NCBI GenBank assembly: GCA_051599415.1
Contig: AP039704.1
Span: 1 to 64,000 of the forward strand
Length of the DNA: 64,000 bases
Direction: 5' to 3'
DNA from: Savitreella phatthalungensis
Lineage: Eukaryota
Shown: piece after piece, positions 1 through 10,546 of the stretch
How positions within the stretch are numbered: the stretch's first letter is position 1
Layout of the letters: every line of letters starts with the position of its first letter
Notes under the pieces: model-generated
What the model was told of the DNA's origin: nothing
Databases searched by the model: none
Seen by the model: only the letters and a program-made list of their open reading frames with translations
Made by a program: the position numbers and the translations under genes

Positions 1-4
1 GTAC

Positions 5-66
5 TGTACTTCGTTCAGTTACGTATTGCTAAGGTTAAGACTACTTTCTGCCTTTGCGAGAACAGC
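5..66 (+). other. Oxford Nanopore ligation adapter + native barcode (NB06-type); sequencing artefact
   Basis: TGTACTTCGTTCAGTTACGTATTGCT (5-30) is the ONT adapter top strand, AAGGTTAA (31-38) the native barcode flank, GACTACTTTCTGCCTTTGCGAGAA (39-62) a 24-nt barcode, and CAGC (63-66) the start of the CAGCACCT flank. Barcode number is from memory. Confidence 0.95.
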
Positions 67-180
67 TAACCCTAACCCTAACCCTAACCCTAACCCTAAC
101 CCTAACCCTAACCCTAACCCTAACCCTAACCCTAACCCTAACCCTAACCCTAACCCTAACCCTAACCCTAACCCTAACCC
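66..180 (+). repeat. Telomere, (CCCTAA)n, about 19 copies
   Basis: Perfect CCCTAA array directly after the adapter, C-rich strand at the 5' end as expected for a left chromosome end. Confidence 0.98.
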
Positions 181-785
181 TTTTGAGCCTTGAATGCTGC
201 CCTGATTGGCAGGCATTCTTGTTTCGACTTACATTCCTGGCGTTTTATACCTCCATTCTACCGCATTTGGTTCGTCCCTGCATTTTGGTGCTTCACTTGT
301 TCTCTTTGATTGCCTCTGTCCACTCGATAGCTCAAATAGCTCTAATAAGCGCGCTGCCAACTCATGTGTCCTTTTGCCTGTGTCCGGCATTCTCATTGCC
401 ACACTTATTTTGTCGCCGATCTTGCCTCCTCTATCCCACAGCATGCTCTTTCAAACTCCCTGGTCGCCAACTTGCTCACACAAACACGTGGTACCACATT
501 TGATAAGATTGGCGACCCGCACTGGAGCGGTCAAATAGATATCATCATGTGCTAGGTGACGTTTCGAGCGCCGCCTGTAAACAGCATGTCACTTCGTTTG
601 CGTCTGGACCTTGTCTTGCAATCTGCCGCGTCCTCAAGCTCGAGACATTGCGCAGAGATAGCTACTCATATAGTTTGAGTCATGTCCGTGCTCCCGATCT
701 TTCATGCTCACGACGGCTCCACGCCCCAAATGGCATCATATCGAGTCACTGCTCCATACGCGCGCATCCTGGTGCACGCAAAATA

Positions 786-950
786 CACCTGTCACAAGCC
801 GATTCTTGACAACATCAGCACTTTCAGACGCCGACTGTCCCCAATTTTGCACCTGTCACAAGCGGGTTCTTGACGATTTGCGCACTTCAAAGGTCCCCCA
901 GTCACAGACCAGTTCTTGACAATTCCGGCACTTTCAGACGGTCGCTGCAA
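786..950 (+). repeat. Degenerate subtelomeric repeat, about 3 copies
   Basis: Core (CACCT)GTCACA..(G/A)TTCTTGAC..GCACTT(T)CA recurs at about 786, 850 and 899. Confidence 0.6.
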
Positions 951-2224
951 TTGGAGACGACACCAATGAGACGCTTGACTAAACTGCCCTGCATGACTCG
1001 CACAGGTTCTGTCACAATTGCACATTGTTGAGGACGCCTGCAACTTTGTGCTTCTCTTTGGCCCCTGAAGCTATCCTCGTTTCTTTGCATGACTGTACGC
1101 AAAGCTTTTCATCACTGGATGCAAATCTTTTTGTGACTGGAGCTGGCATGATGTATTAAGGAGCTATCTGCTTAAATTCCTTTACCGCTCAGGGTTGCAA
1201 CGAGCGGTTCTGAATGCCCTGTTGAGGAAGGAAGAGTTGAAGACACGCAGATTGGACCCGGATGACATACCAGACAAGCTATTGTTTGAGATGAACCTTG
1301 TGGGCGGAGGCTAAGAGCGGAAACAGAAGAGGCCAATGAGTGGCCATGATCCAGGCAAGCAAGCAAGAGGAGGACAACAAACTGACAGGAGACGCCAAAA
1401 GAACTTTTCCGCATTGCGACGTCCGTTAATCTGGACTTCATCAGAGCACCTGAGGTCCACCTGCTAGCGACAAGTCTTTGACGATCACCGCACTTCTGGG
1501 TACTCGCTACATCGAACGGACTACATATCAATATGTATCCCTTGACGACTTGCGCACAGATCCGCGTCTGCCGTCTCCAGAGAGTCCTACGCCAACCGGT
1601 TCTTGGGCAATTGTCGCGTTCCTAGAAGCCGAGAGGGATGATCAGCGAAGCGAGGATGAATCATTCGGTATGCCGGCAGAGCGTCGCGACTGGCAGGCGC
1701 AGCGCGGGGCTGCTTCCGACATTCGTGTACCGCGTCGACGAATCCACCTGTGGTTCGCTCGTCATGCTTCAGTTTCAACGCGCTTGCCTGCCGCCAGCTG
1801 ACCCTGGACTTGCTGCTGCTAGCTAAGAGCATCGGATCCATGCTATGGATCCTTGTCGCGCGCTTTCATGCTTGGGAGGACCTGACCTGACCCGTCCTTC
1901 AAGTCGACCAGCGCAAAGACTCCATCTTCCTACGCTTATCTGTCCTTTCCCAGTCGCCTTGCGCATCGTGAATTGCAGTCGCGCATCGTTTGCGGCTCTG
2001 TGCTTGCTACCCGAGACGATGAAGTCAGCGTCGATTGTGCTGCTAGGCAAATGAATGATTCATGGCATCCACTGTACGCAAAGCGTTGCTATAACACATG
2101 CCGTCGTCGATAGAATCTGCCCATGTATTTTTAATCTTTTCCCCTGAATGCGCTCATGTATTTTCTAACTTTGTCAGTACAATTCTTCGTCCTTTTGCTA
2201 AATTTCCTCGGTTATTTCCAAAAC

Positions 2225-2465
2225 CTTTTCACTATAATTCTCCATCTTTTCGCTAAACTCGTTCGTGTATTTTCTAAATTCCTCACTATAATTCTCCATC
2301 TTTTCGCTAAACTCGTTCGTGTATTTTCTAAATTCCTCACTATAATTCTCCATCTTTTCGCTAAATCCGGTCATCTATTTTCGAACTTTTTGACTATAAT
2401 TCTCCATCTTTTTGCTAAACTCGCTCGTGTATTCTCTAACTTTTTCGCTATGATTCTCCATCCTT
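2225..2465. repeat. AT-rich 54-bp tandem array, about 4.5 copies
   Basis: Unit CACTATAATTCTCCATCTTTTCGCTAAACTCGTTCGTGTATTTTCTAAATTCCT; two near-perfect copies plus diverged ones. Confidence 0.9.
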
Positions 2466-3025
2466 GCCGGAATTTTTTCCACAATCTTTGCCGAAATCTC
2501 TTTCTTTTCACGAATTGATCCCGGTCTGATGAGAACTAAATATTCCAAAAAATGAGCTCCTGTCAGGGTATCTGCGTAGGGTCAAAATTCGGGCCCCCAA
2601 TATCTCCCGCGTTTGGCCTAGCTGCGATCCAAGGGTTGCCGCTATCGGGTAAAACTCCAGCTCCGACAAATACAAATTGGACTTTCCGAATCGAGCACCG
2701 CAATTCATACTTAGCTGGCTGGCTATAGATACGAAACTTTCGATCGATCACCAAATCCACGTTTGGCAAAGTCACGCCCTCTCAATATGTATGATAGCGT
2801 TGCGCGACCTCGCGTGTGTCTGCCCTCTGTCTCATCTTGAGCTGCACCAGAAGTGTCGCGGTCGTGCGCAGTATGCAGATGTCACTGACTATATCATCGG
2901 TTATGGATGCCATGCCTTTTCTTGCTTCAACTTCCCTTTTCATTCCACTCGTATTTCCTTTTTGTCTTCCATTTGATCTTTTTGTTCCTCGGTATGGAAC
3001 AAATCTAGCGTTGAAGCGCTCGAGA

Positions 3026-3525
3026 ACGGCCGCGAGGGATCCACGCAGACACATACCTGGTACGCGAATTTGATGCTGGGCAACGGTAGCCAGCAGTCCT
3101 GGCCGATGCCATACGTCGTGTCTTGGGCTGGTGACGGATTTTGGGTGCATCACCCGGACAAGGCTGACCTGATGTTTGGACCGGATGCTCATACAGACCT
3201 GCCAAAGTACTTCTACGCGTCTGTGAATGTCCACAGTCTGAAGCTTGGCTTGGACAGCACTGTCGAGTTGTGTAACTTGCAGAGAATTGCAAAGCTGAAA
3301 GTGGAGATCCACGCGCGCACGGCGTCTAGGACCATTGTGTATCCGCTGTCAGTCGGCGCAGCCCGCATCACTGCAACAAACAAAAACAAGTCCCCGCCTA
3401 TAAAGTTGGAGATCTTCTTCCGGGCGCTCGAGGGACCACTGGCATGCGCACCTCCCCATCGCCTCGGCTTCTTCGACGCAACCTTGCAGTCAGCCGTCCA
3501 GCACAACTTCCAATTGATTTCTCAG
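3026..3525 (+). pseudogene. Truncated, internally deleted duplicate of the GH81 endo-1,3-beta-glucanase gene
   Basis: Aligns by eye to 50941-51350 and 51651-51740 (QTHTWYANLMLGNGSQQSWPMPYVVSW...). Lacks the N-terminus and the catalytic C-terminal domain. Confidence 0.93.
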
Positions 3526-4559
3526 CTTGTCATCAAGAAGAAGATGGCCGTCAGAGACACAGCGGTGCCACGAGAGAGCCTGACTTGATGAGCTGAGGCG
3601 ATGGGCGGCGCTGCGGACAGGTGAGACGGCCGCTATCGCACCAAGAGTCATCGGCGACGGTCAGGGCAGAGCCAATTCGACTTCCGATTTTCCTGTCTGC
3701 TGCCCCGGCTTGCGAGCACACTGCGAATCTCTGTCACCGTCGCGCTGGACAGTTGACCGACCAGCCGCCGACAGATCCGGCATCGAAAGGACCCGGCCCA
3801 GCCTTTCTGCGCGTGCTCGACGATGCGACTGACATGCCTACAAAAAGCGGAAGCTATGCGCACGGGTCCCGGATGACCGCTTGACGGCTGTGTTGCGATA
3901 CGACGAGCTCGACTGCTCCAGACACGTCAGAACTCGATCAGCTTTGTCGGTCCGGGTAGGCCGACAGGGGCCGGCCTGCAGCAGGCGCTCTCGACATGAG
4001 TCCAGCTGGCATGCATCGTCTCCTGGGCATGAGTCAGGCCGACACTTCTCGCAGATCTTCCCAGACAATCGCAAATAGGGCTCGGAGAGATCACCTTCTC
4101 TGTCCGATGATCAGATAGACAGATGCTTTTGTTTACAATCTCCTGAAATTGATTTCGACTCGACCGCACGTCGTAAACACGTGATTTCATTGGCTCTGTT
4201 GCCATGTCAGACGCTTTACTGTTTGTTTTGATGCATGAAATTGCCTCGTTTGCCACCATCTGGGCTTGCCCCGCGGTCCGCAAAAGTGATCGGCACTTCA
4301 TTTTTGTTCACGGTCAAGGCATCGTTCACTCACATCTGACCCATCCAGTGTGCGTCAACGTAGGCCTGCCCGATGGCCCTGGCCTGACGCTCTCGAGCGA
4401 TGACGTTTGATTCACGAGGACCAGGTTCCATCGGAGACGGGTTCGCGCTATGGTACGGTGCGAGTATACGTTCTACTGTCGCCCATATAGAATGCTACGA
4501 TACTATACTCCTGTTTACCCTCGTGAACATTGCAAGCTGAGATTTTGATGATCCTGTGC

Positions 4560-5078
4560 TAGTGTCTGCGTCGTACCGCGATCTGTGCAAGTATGGGTGC
4601 TCGTCTTGACGGGTACCCCTCGAATCTGCCAACCGCGTGCGCTTCACTTCAGCGCAGTGCTGGTATGCGTGGTCGACGTTTCGATCCGCGCTCATGGTCA
4701 TGTCTGTGTACGCTCTCGTGGCCATCCTTGTGCTCTTTGCTTGTGGTCGTGAAGTGCTCCTCTTCCCGTTCATGTCCGTATTCATCTTTGTGCGCATGCT
4801 CGTGCTCGTACCCATGCTCGTGAACGTGCTCGTACATGCATTCGTATGCTTCCGCGTCCCGATACGCGTGGTCGCCGATGCCGTGGTCCTAGATCTTGAT
4901 CGTGCCTTTTCTTTGTGCCCTGCTCGTATGCGTGTGCGTGTCGCCGATGTATCCGTACCTGTGTTCGTCCTCATGTTCGTCCTCGTACGCCTGATCGTCA
5001 GGGTAGTCGCTCTCGTGTGGGTATTCATGATCGCTCTCGCGTGGGTATTCGTGATCGCTCTCGTGTTCGTGATCGTGA

Positions 5079-5117
<39 letters not shown>

Positions 5118-6000
5118 TTCGTGCCCGTCCTTGTTCTCGTCCCCGGATGTGTGATCGAGTCGGTGTGCGCGATCGTGTTCTTCTCTTTGCAGTGCTCGCG
5201 TCTGGATTGCTTTGGTGCCGGCGGTTGTACCCGCGATGCGCGTAGTCGTTGACGAATTCGCTTCCAAATCCGTGATCGTGCTCTCGTGTCCATGCTCGTC
5301 TTCGTAAGTGTGGTCGTGGTGACGTCCATGATCATGCTCTCGCTCGTGCTCATGCTCGTCTTCGTATTTGTTGTCATGTTTGTACACCGCGCTCGTGATG
5401 GTCTTTGTACCGTGTTCGTGTGCAGAACATTGCTTGGATCGGAGAGGGCTCTGGTTGTTGCACAAGTTTTTGTATGCTTGTGCGCGCCTACATGGGAACT
5501 CATGACGTCGACGTTTCCTCCGCTCTCGCCTCCGTATGCGCGCTCGTGTCTGCCTATTCCTTTGCATCAGTGCTCACACTTGCGCTCGTGTCCGTGCCAA
5601 TGCTGTCCTTTCCGATCCGTGAGCATAGACATATCCACGTTGCTGAGCGTGTTTGTGTCTATAAGTGTACTCGACTGTGTACATGAGCGCTTGCTTGCAT
5701 GCGAGCTCGTCTTTGCATCCGCGGTCATTTGTACGCGTCCCTGTGAGCGCGCTCGGTCTGATCTTCATGCTCGTCTCTGTACACGCGCTCATGATTGTTC
5801 GTGTGACCCTGGTACGGATGATGACCATGTTCACCTTCCGGTCCGTACGCGTCTTTGTGTTCGTGGTCTCACTCTTCTCTGTATGCAGGCCCTCGTCCAT
5901 ACTAGTGTTTCCGATCGTGTCCGTGCGTGTGGTGATGATGAGGATACGTAGGAGTGCTTGCGCGCCTTCAATTCGATCCTTGCTTGCGCTTTCATTCGTC
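4560..6000 (-). repeat. Low-complexity CACGAG/GAGCAC-rich tract; His/Glu-rich reading broken across frames (possible relic gene)
   Basis: HEHEHD-type peptides appear in several minus-strand ORF fragments (4649-4837, 4889-5503, 5025-5567). Internal 24-bp repeat at about 5007-5075 and (CTCGTGCT)n at about 5081-5115. Confidence 0.6.
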
Positions 6001-6644
6001 CTACCTTCCGTGAATGCTCTCTTGAGCCTGAGGATGCATCGGTTCCGATCGATTTTCAGGATGCAGGTTCATGTTCGGATTGACGTCTATGCTTGGACCG
6101 TCATACTTGGTTGGCCCGGTCGCGTCGGGGGTGCTCGTGTCCGGTGTCCGTCACACCGGCAACGTCCGCGTTCTGTGGCTGGATGCGTCCTCGTTCTTGT
6201 GTGTGCGTATGTGCTCGTCGATCGCGCATCGATCTTGTGGATGCGTGAAAGTTGTGTGTTCGTGACTGCAGCTCGTCGAGCTTTCGATCGCATCTGCGCA
6301 TGTAGCGGTGGTGCTCGAAGCATCCACCTGCTTCCACGCTCGTGGGCATCATCCGTGCTGGCTGTTTCCTGAGCTCTCGCGTCACGACTTGTGCTCGATG
6401 CTGGCGTCTGTGCTTGTGCCGCTTCATTCCTTGTTCCTTTGTCGACGGACAAGGCTCGAGGCAGCGATGAAGAGAACAATATGTATGCATATGATTGACT
6501 ATTTCTTGAGAGGAAGAGCGGCGATCAAGGATCGAAGGATGTGAATGATTGGGATCAGGGACCGACAGTCGTGAACGGCGCGGGACCACAGTTGCGAGCG
6601 GCTAGGATGGACCGATAGTCGTGAATGGGTAGGATCGGCTAGGA

Positions 6645-9600
6645 TCATGGACCGAATCGGAGTGCAGATCTGATGTTCATGAGCGAGCGGCACAGAAGGC
6701 GAATCTGAGGATAGTCTTGCACGCGGATCAGTATGTCTCTGTTGGCGGAGGACAACGGCAGCTGTGACAGGACGCCAACCCCCAAGCGCCTCCGGACAGA
6801 GTCTAGACTCGCAGTGGTGTGAGCATAGACCGACCGATCGGGCCGGACCGGAGTCTCTCCGTAATGAACTGCGCCTGCTGTGTCGATCCAGCGCTGCTCA
6901 AGGTCGGGATGGGGAGCAAGGACGACGTACCTCAGTCGACGTGGATTGTTGGTACCAAAGTTGACGCGCAGGACCATGGGACTTGTCCTGAATCGCTGCA
7001 TGAGGCGGTCACGGTCGCCGCCCGCGGAGAGGTCGGCATGAATCCCAGCTGTGTAGGCAATCTCCCCCTGCAGAGGGCGCAGACTGAATTGACCGAGTTG
7101 AAGGGGATGTTCGATAGCTGCTGCATTGGCCAATGTAAAGGGGGTGTCAAGGAACTCTTCGATTGCCGCCTGCTCAATCATACGCGGTCTCTCTGTCGCA
7201 AGGCGCAGCTCCGTGCATCGTCCCGCAGCCGCGGACTCTACCACGATCCTTGACAACGAGGCCTCAAGATCTGTGTTGGGCTCTGGCGCAGCTTCTGTCC
7301 GAGGCGAGGCCAAATGAATCCTTTCCTGATGCTCCTGTTCCTCAGCGCGAGGTGGAGTAGCCTCTGCTCTTGTCGTGGCCTCATGATGCGGCCGCTCCAG
7401 CTCGATTGCATGCTCCGCGACTGTTGCGAGTCGGACGCGACGGCTCTCTGCTAGCACTATGGCAGTGCTGCATGCGCTTGAACAATCTCGCAGTTCCTGT
7501 ACGGCAGTGGCGAGCTCGACGCGACGACTTTCAGCGAGCTTGATGGCTTCGTCCAACGCAGCCGTGCGGTCACGCAGGTCCTGTGAGATGGAGTCGAATG
7601 CAGCCGTGCGGTCGTGCAGGTCCTGTGAGATGGAGTCGTACGCAGCCGTGCGGTCACGCAGCTCTTGTGAGATAGAGTCGTAAGCAGCCGTGCGGTCATG
7701 CAGCTCCTGTGAGAGGGATTCAGCTTCAGCACGACGACTTTCAGCGAGGTTGGTGGCTTCGTCGTACGCGGCTGTGCGGTCGCGCAGCTCTTGTGAGGTG
7801 GAGTCGAACGCAGCCGTGCGGTCGCGCAGCTCCTGTGAGATGGCGTCAAATGCAGCCGTGCGGTCACGCAGCTCCTGTGAGATGGCGTCGACTTGGGCAT
7901 GACGCCTTTCAGCAAGGTCGACGGCAGCGTCTCGCTCGTTCATGCGGTCACGCAGGTCCTGTGAGATGGAGTCGAACGCAGCCGTGCGGTCACGCAGCTC
8001 CTGTGAGATGGCGTCGACTTGGGCATGACGCCTTTCAGCAAGGTCGACGGCAGCGTCTCGCTCGTTCATGCGGTCACGCAGGTCCTGTGAGATGGAGTCG
8101 TACGCAGCCGTGCGGTCACGCAGGTCCTGTGAGACGGAGTCGTACGCGGCCGTGCGGTTGCGCAAGTCCTGTGAGATGGAGTCGTACGCGGTCGTGCGAT
8201 CACGGACCTCCTGTGAGATAGCCTCGACTTGAGCACGCAGATCCTGTGAGATGGCGTCGACTTGAGCACGACGACCTTCAGCGAGGTCCACGGCTGCGTC
8301 TCGCTCGGTCGTGCGGTCTCGCAGCTCGTGTGAGATGGCCTCGACTTGATCACGCAGTTCCTGTGAGGTGGATTCGACTTGAGCACGACGACTTTCAGCG
8401 AGGTTCACGGCTGCGTCTCGCTCGATCGTATGGTCTCGCAGCTCCTTTGAGATGGCGTCAACTTGAACACGACGTCTTTCAGCAAGATCGACGGCTTTGT
8501 TGCGCTCGGACTTGACATCTCGCATTGTTTGAGCGATGACGGTGGCTTCATGTTGTCGTCGTTGAGCACGCTCGGTTGCTCTGTCTCGAGTAGCCAAGCT
8601 GTCCTGGAGCTCTCGCGTGAGGACCGCAGCCTCAGCCTGACGAGTCTTGGCAAGCTTCAATGCTTCGTCACGAGCGGCTGTTCTGTGGCGGAGGTCCTGC
8701 TTGACGGCGTCGGCCTCAGCACGACGAGTCTCGGCAAGCGCTGTGGCAGTATCTCGTGCGGCCGAGCAGTCCTGGAGCTCTTGCGCGAGGGCAGCATTCT
8801 CAGCACGACGAGTCTCAGCAAGCTCCAATGCTTCGACGCGCGCGGCCGTTCTGTGGCGGAGGGACTGCGTGACGGCTTTGGCTTCAGCATGGTAAGTCTC
8901 GGCAAGTGCTGTGGCGGAATCTCGTGCGGCCGAGGTGTCCTGGAGCTCTCGCGTGAGGACAGCAGCCTCAGCACGAAGAGTCTCGGCAAGAGCTGCGGCG
9001 GTGTCTCGTGCAGCTGTGCACGTTTGAAGGTCCTGTGCGATGGCGTCGGCTTCAGCACGGTGATTCTCGGCAATCACTGTACAGTCCCGAAGCTTCTGTG
9101 CTGTGCCGAGTACTTCATTTTGTCGTTGTTCAGCAAGATTGAGTGTTTCGCCAAGGACGGTCAAGCAGTCCTCAAGGTGCCCTGCAACCACAGCAGCTTC
9201 ATCTCGATAGGTGTCGACAGCGCTGAGGGCATTGTCGCGTGCAGTTGTGCAGTCTCGGATCTCACGCTCCAGCGTCGCCTTGTCCTGTGCTGCGGCCTCT
9301 GCTTCACGCTCGAGCGTCGCCTTGCTTTGTACCGCTGCTTCTGCATCGCTTCGACAGGTCTCAACAGCGCTAAGGGCATTGTCGCGCGCAGTCGAGCATT
9401 GCTGCAGGCTCTGCTGTAGCTCCTCAACGTGTCCTGTGAGACCTCGGAGCCTCTCCTCAAGTGCTGCCTTGTCCTGTGCTGCAGCTTCTGCTTCTGTTCG
9501 ACAGGTCTCGACAGCGCTGAGGGCAGTGTCCCGAGCAGTCGTGCAGTCCCGGACCTCGCGCTCAAGCGTTGCCTTGTCCTGTGCTGCAGCCTCTGCTTCA

Positions 9601-10502
9601 CTTCGACAGGTTCCGACAGCGCTGAGGGCATCGTCGCGTGCAGTCGAGCATTGATGCAGGCTCTGCTCCAGCTCCGCGGCTTGCTCCGTGAGGGCCTCAC
9701 TCTCGACGCGCCAGGTCTCGGCGAGGGTTTTGCAGTCTTCGAGCTTCCTCTGCAGCGCCGCCTTGTCCTGTGCTGCGGCCTCTGCTTCACCTCGATAGGT
9801 CTCGACAGTGCTGAGGGCATTGTCGCGTGCAGTCGTGCAGTCTCGGATCTCACGCTCCAGCGCCGCCTTGTCCTGTGCTGCTGCCTCTGCTTCACCACGA
9901 CAGTTCTCGACAAGACCTAGTGCTGTGTCGCGCGCAGCTGTACACTGCTGTAGTCTCTCTTCTAGCTCGGCAACCTTCTCTCTGGCTTTGTCTCGTTCTC
10001 TCTGATACTCCTTCAGCCAGCCCGTGACGCGCGTCAGCTGCTCGGCAAGATCCTGCAGGCGAGAAAGCATTGTGCTGCTTTGACTCTCGTCGTCGGTGCG
10101 TCTGCGCTTCTGTGTGCAGGTGATGCCTCTCTGCAGCATTGCAAAGCTATCGCGGATGACTTGCTCCATGTGCTCGTTCCTGCCAGCACAAAGCCTGATG
10201 AGCATGTTGCACAGTTGAAGCTGAGGCGCAGTGATGTCTGGCCAGACCTCACGCAGGGTCTGCATGATGTTGTCGGATGAGGGAGCCAGTACTGTGTCCG
10301 AAGCATCATCGCTCGCATCTTCTGAGTCGCGAGCTCCGAAGGGAGTGAGGTCTGGACGGAACACCTGGTGCGCTCTCAGCTCTGCGGCGTCTGAATCAGA
10401 TAGACCTTCGTTGAGGTCGCTGATGACAGAATTGGCTAGTCTGGTTCGACGTGCCGGCATCTTGTGCGAGTCATGTGACCATGGCCGATGGGACTCCTGC
10501 AT
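6645..10502 (-). CDS. Orphan 1285-aa coiled-coil tandem-repeat protein
   Basis: Uninterrupted 3.86-kb ORF with ATG start; repeat units of 35, 28 and 14 aa (105/84/42 bp); non-repetitive N- and C-termini. Confidence 0.8.
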   Translation of the reverse strand: MQESHRPWSHDSHKMPARRTRLANSVISDLNEGLSDSDAAELRAHQVFRPDLTPFGARDSEDASDDASDTVLAPSSDNIMQTLREVWPDITAPQLQLCNMLIRLCAGRNEHMEQVIRDSFAMLQRGITCTQKRRRTDDESQSSTMLSRLQDLAEQLTRVTGWLKEYQRERDKAREKVAELEERLQQCTAARDTALGLVENCRGEAEAAAQDKAALEREIRDCTTARDNALSTVETYRGEAEAAAQDKAALQRKLEDCKTLAETWRVESEALTEQAAELEQSLHQCSTARDDALSAVGTCRSEAEAAAQDKATLEREVRDCTTARDTALSAVETCRTEAEAAAQDKAALEERLRGLTGHVEELQQSLQQCSTARDNALSAVETCRSDAEAAVQSKATLEREAEAAAQDKATLEREIRDCTTARDNALSAVDTYRDEAAVVAGHLEDCLTVLGETLNLAEQRQNEVLGTAQKLRDCTVIAENHRAEADAIAQDLQTCTAARDTAAALAETLRAEAAVLTRELQDTSAARDSATALAETYHAEAKAVTQSLRHRTAARVEALELAETRRAENAALAQELQDCSAARDTATALAETRRAEADAVKQDLRHRTAARDEALKLAKTRQAEAAVLTRELQDSLATRDRATERAQRRQHEATVIAQTMRDVKSERNKAVDLAERRRVQVDAISKELRDHTIERDAAVNLAESRRAQVESTSQELRDQVEAISHELRDRTTERDAAVDLAEGRRAQVDAISQDLRAQVEAISQEVRDRTTAYDSISQDLRNRTAAYDSVSQDLRDRTAAYDSISQDLRDRMNERDAAVDLAERRHAQVDAISQELRDRTAAFDSISQDLRDRMNERDAAVDLAERRHAQVDAISQELRDRTAAFDAISQELRDRTAAFDSTSQELRDRTAAYDEATNLAESRRAEAESLSQELHDRTAAYDSISQELRDRTAAYDSISQDLHDRTAAFDSISQDLRDRTAALDEAIKLAESRRVELATAVQELRDCSSACSTAIVLAESRRVRLATVAEHAIELERPHHEATTRAEATPPRAEEQEHQERIHLASPRTEAAPEPNTDLEASLSRIVVESAAAGRCTELRLATERPRMIEQAAIEEFLDTPFTLANAAAIEHPLQLGQFSLRPLQGEIAYTAGIHADLSAGGDRDRLMQRFRTSPMVLRVNFGTNNPRRLRYVVLAPHPDLEQRWIDTAGAVHYGETPVRPDRSVYAHTTASLDSVRRRLGVGVLSQLPLSSANRDILIRVQDYPQIRLLCRSLMNIRSALRFGP

Positions 10503-10546
10503 GCTTTGTTTTTAGGTGAATTGACGTTTCAGATTGAGTGACGAGA

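Noticed and set aside
19..503. ORFs with (GL)n or (LT)n runs
   Set aside because: Translations of the telomere repeat and adapter.
1834..1852. Hairpin GGATCCAT-gct-ATGGATCC
   Set aside because: An 8-bp stem is expected by chance in 64 kb; no supporting context.
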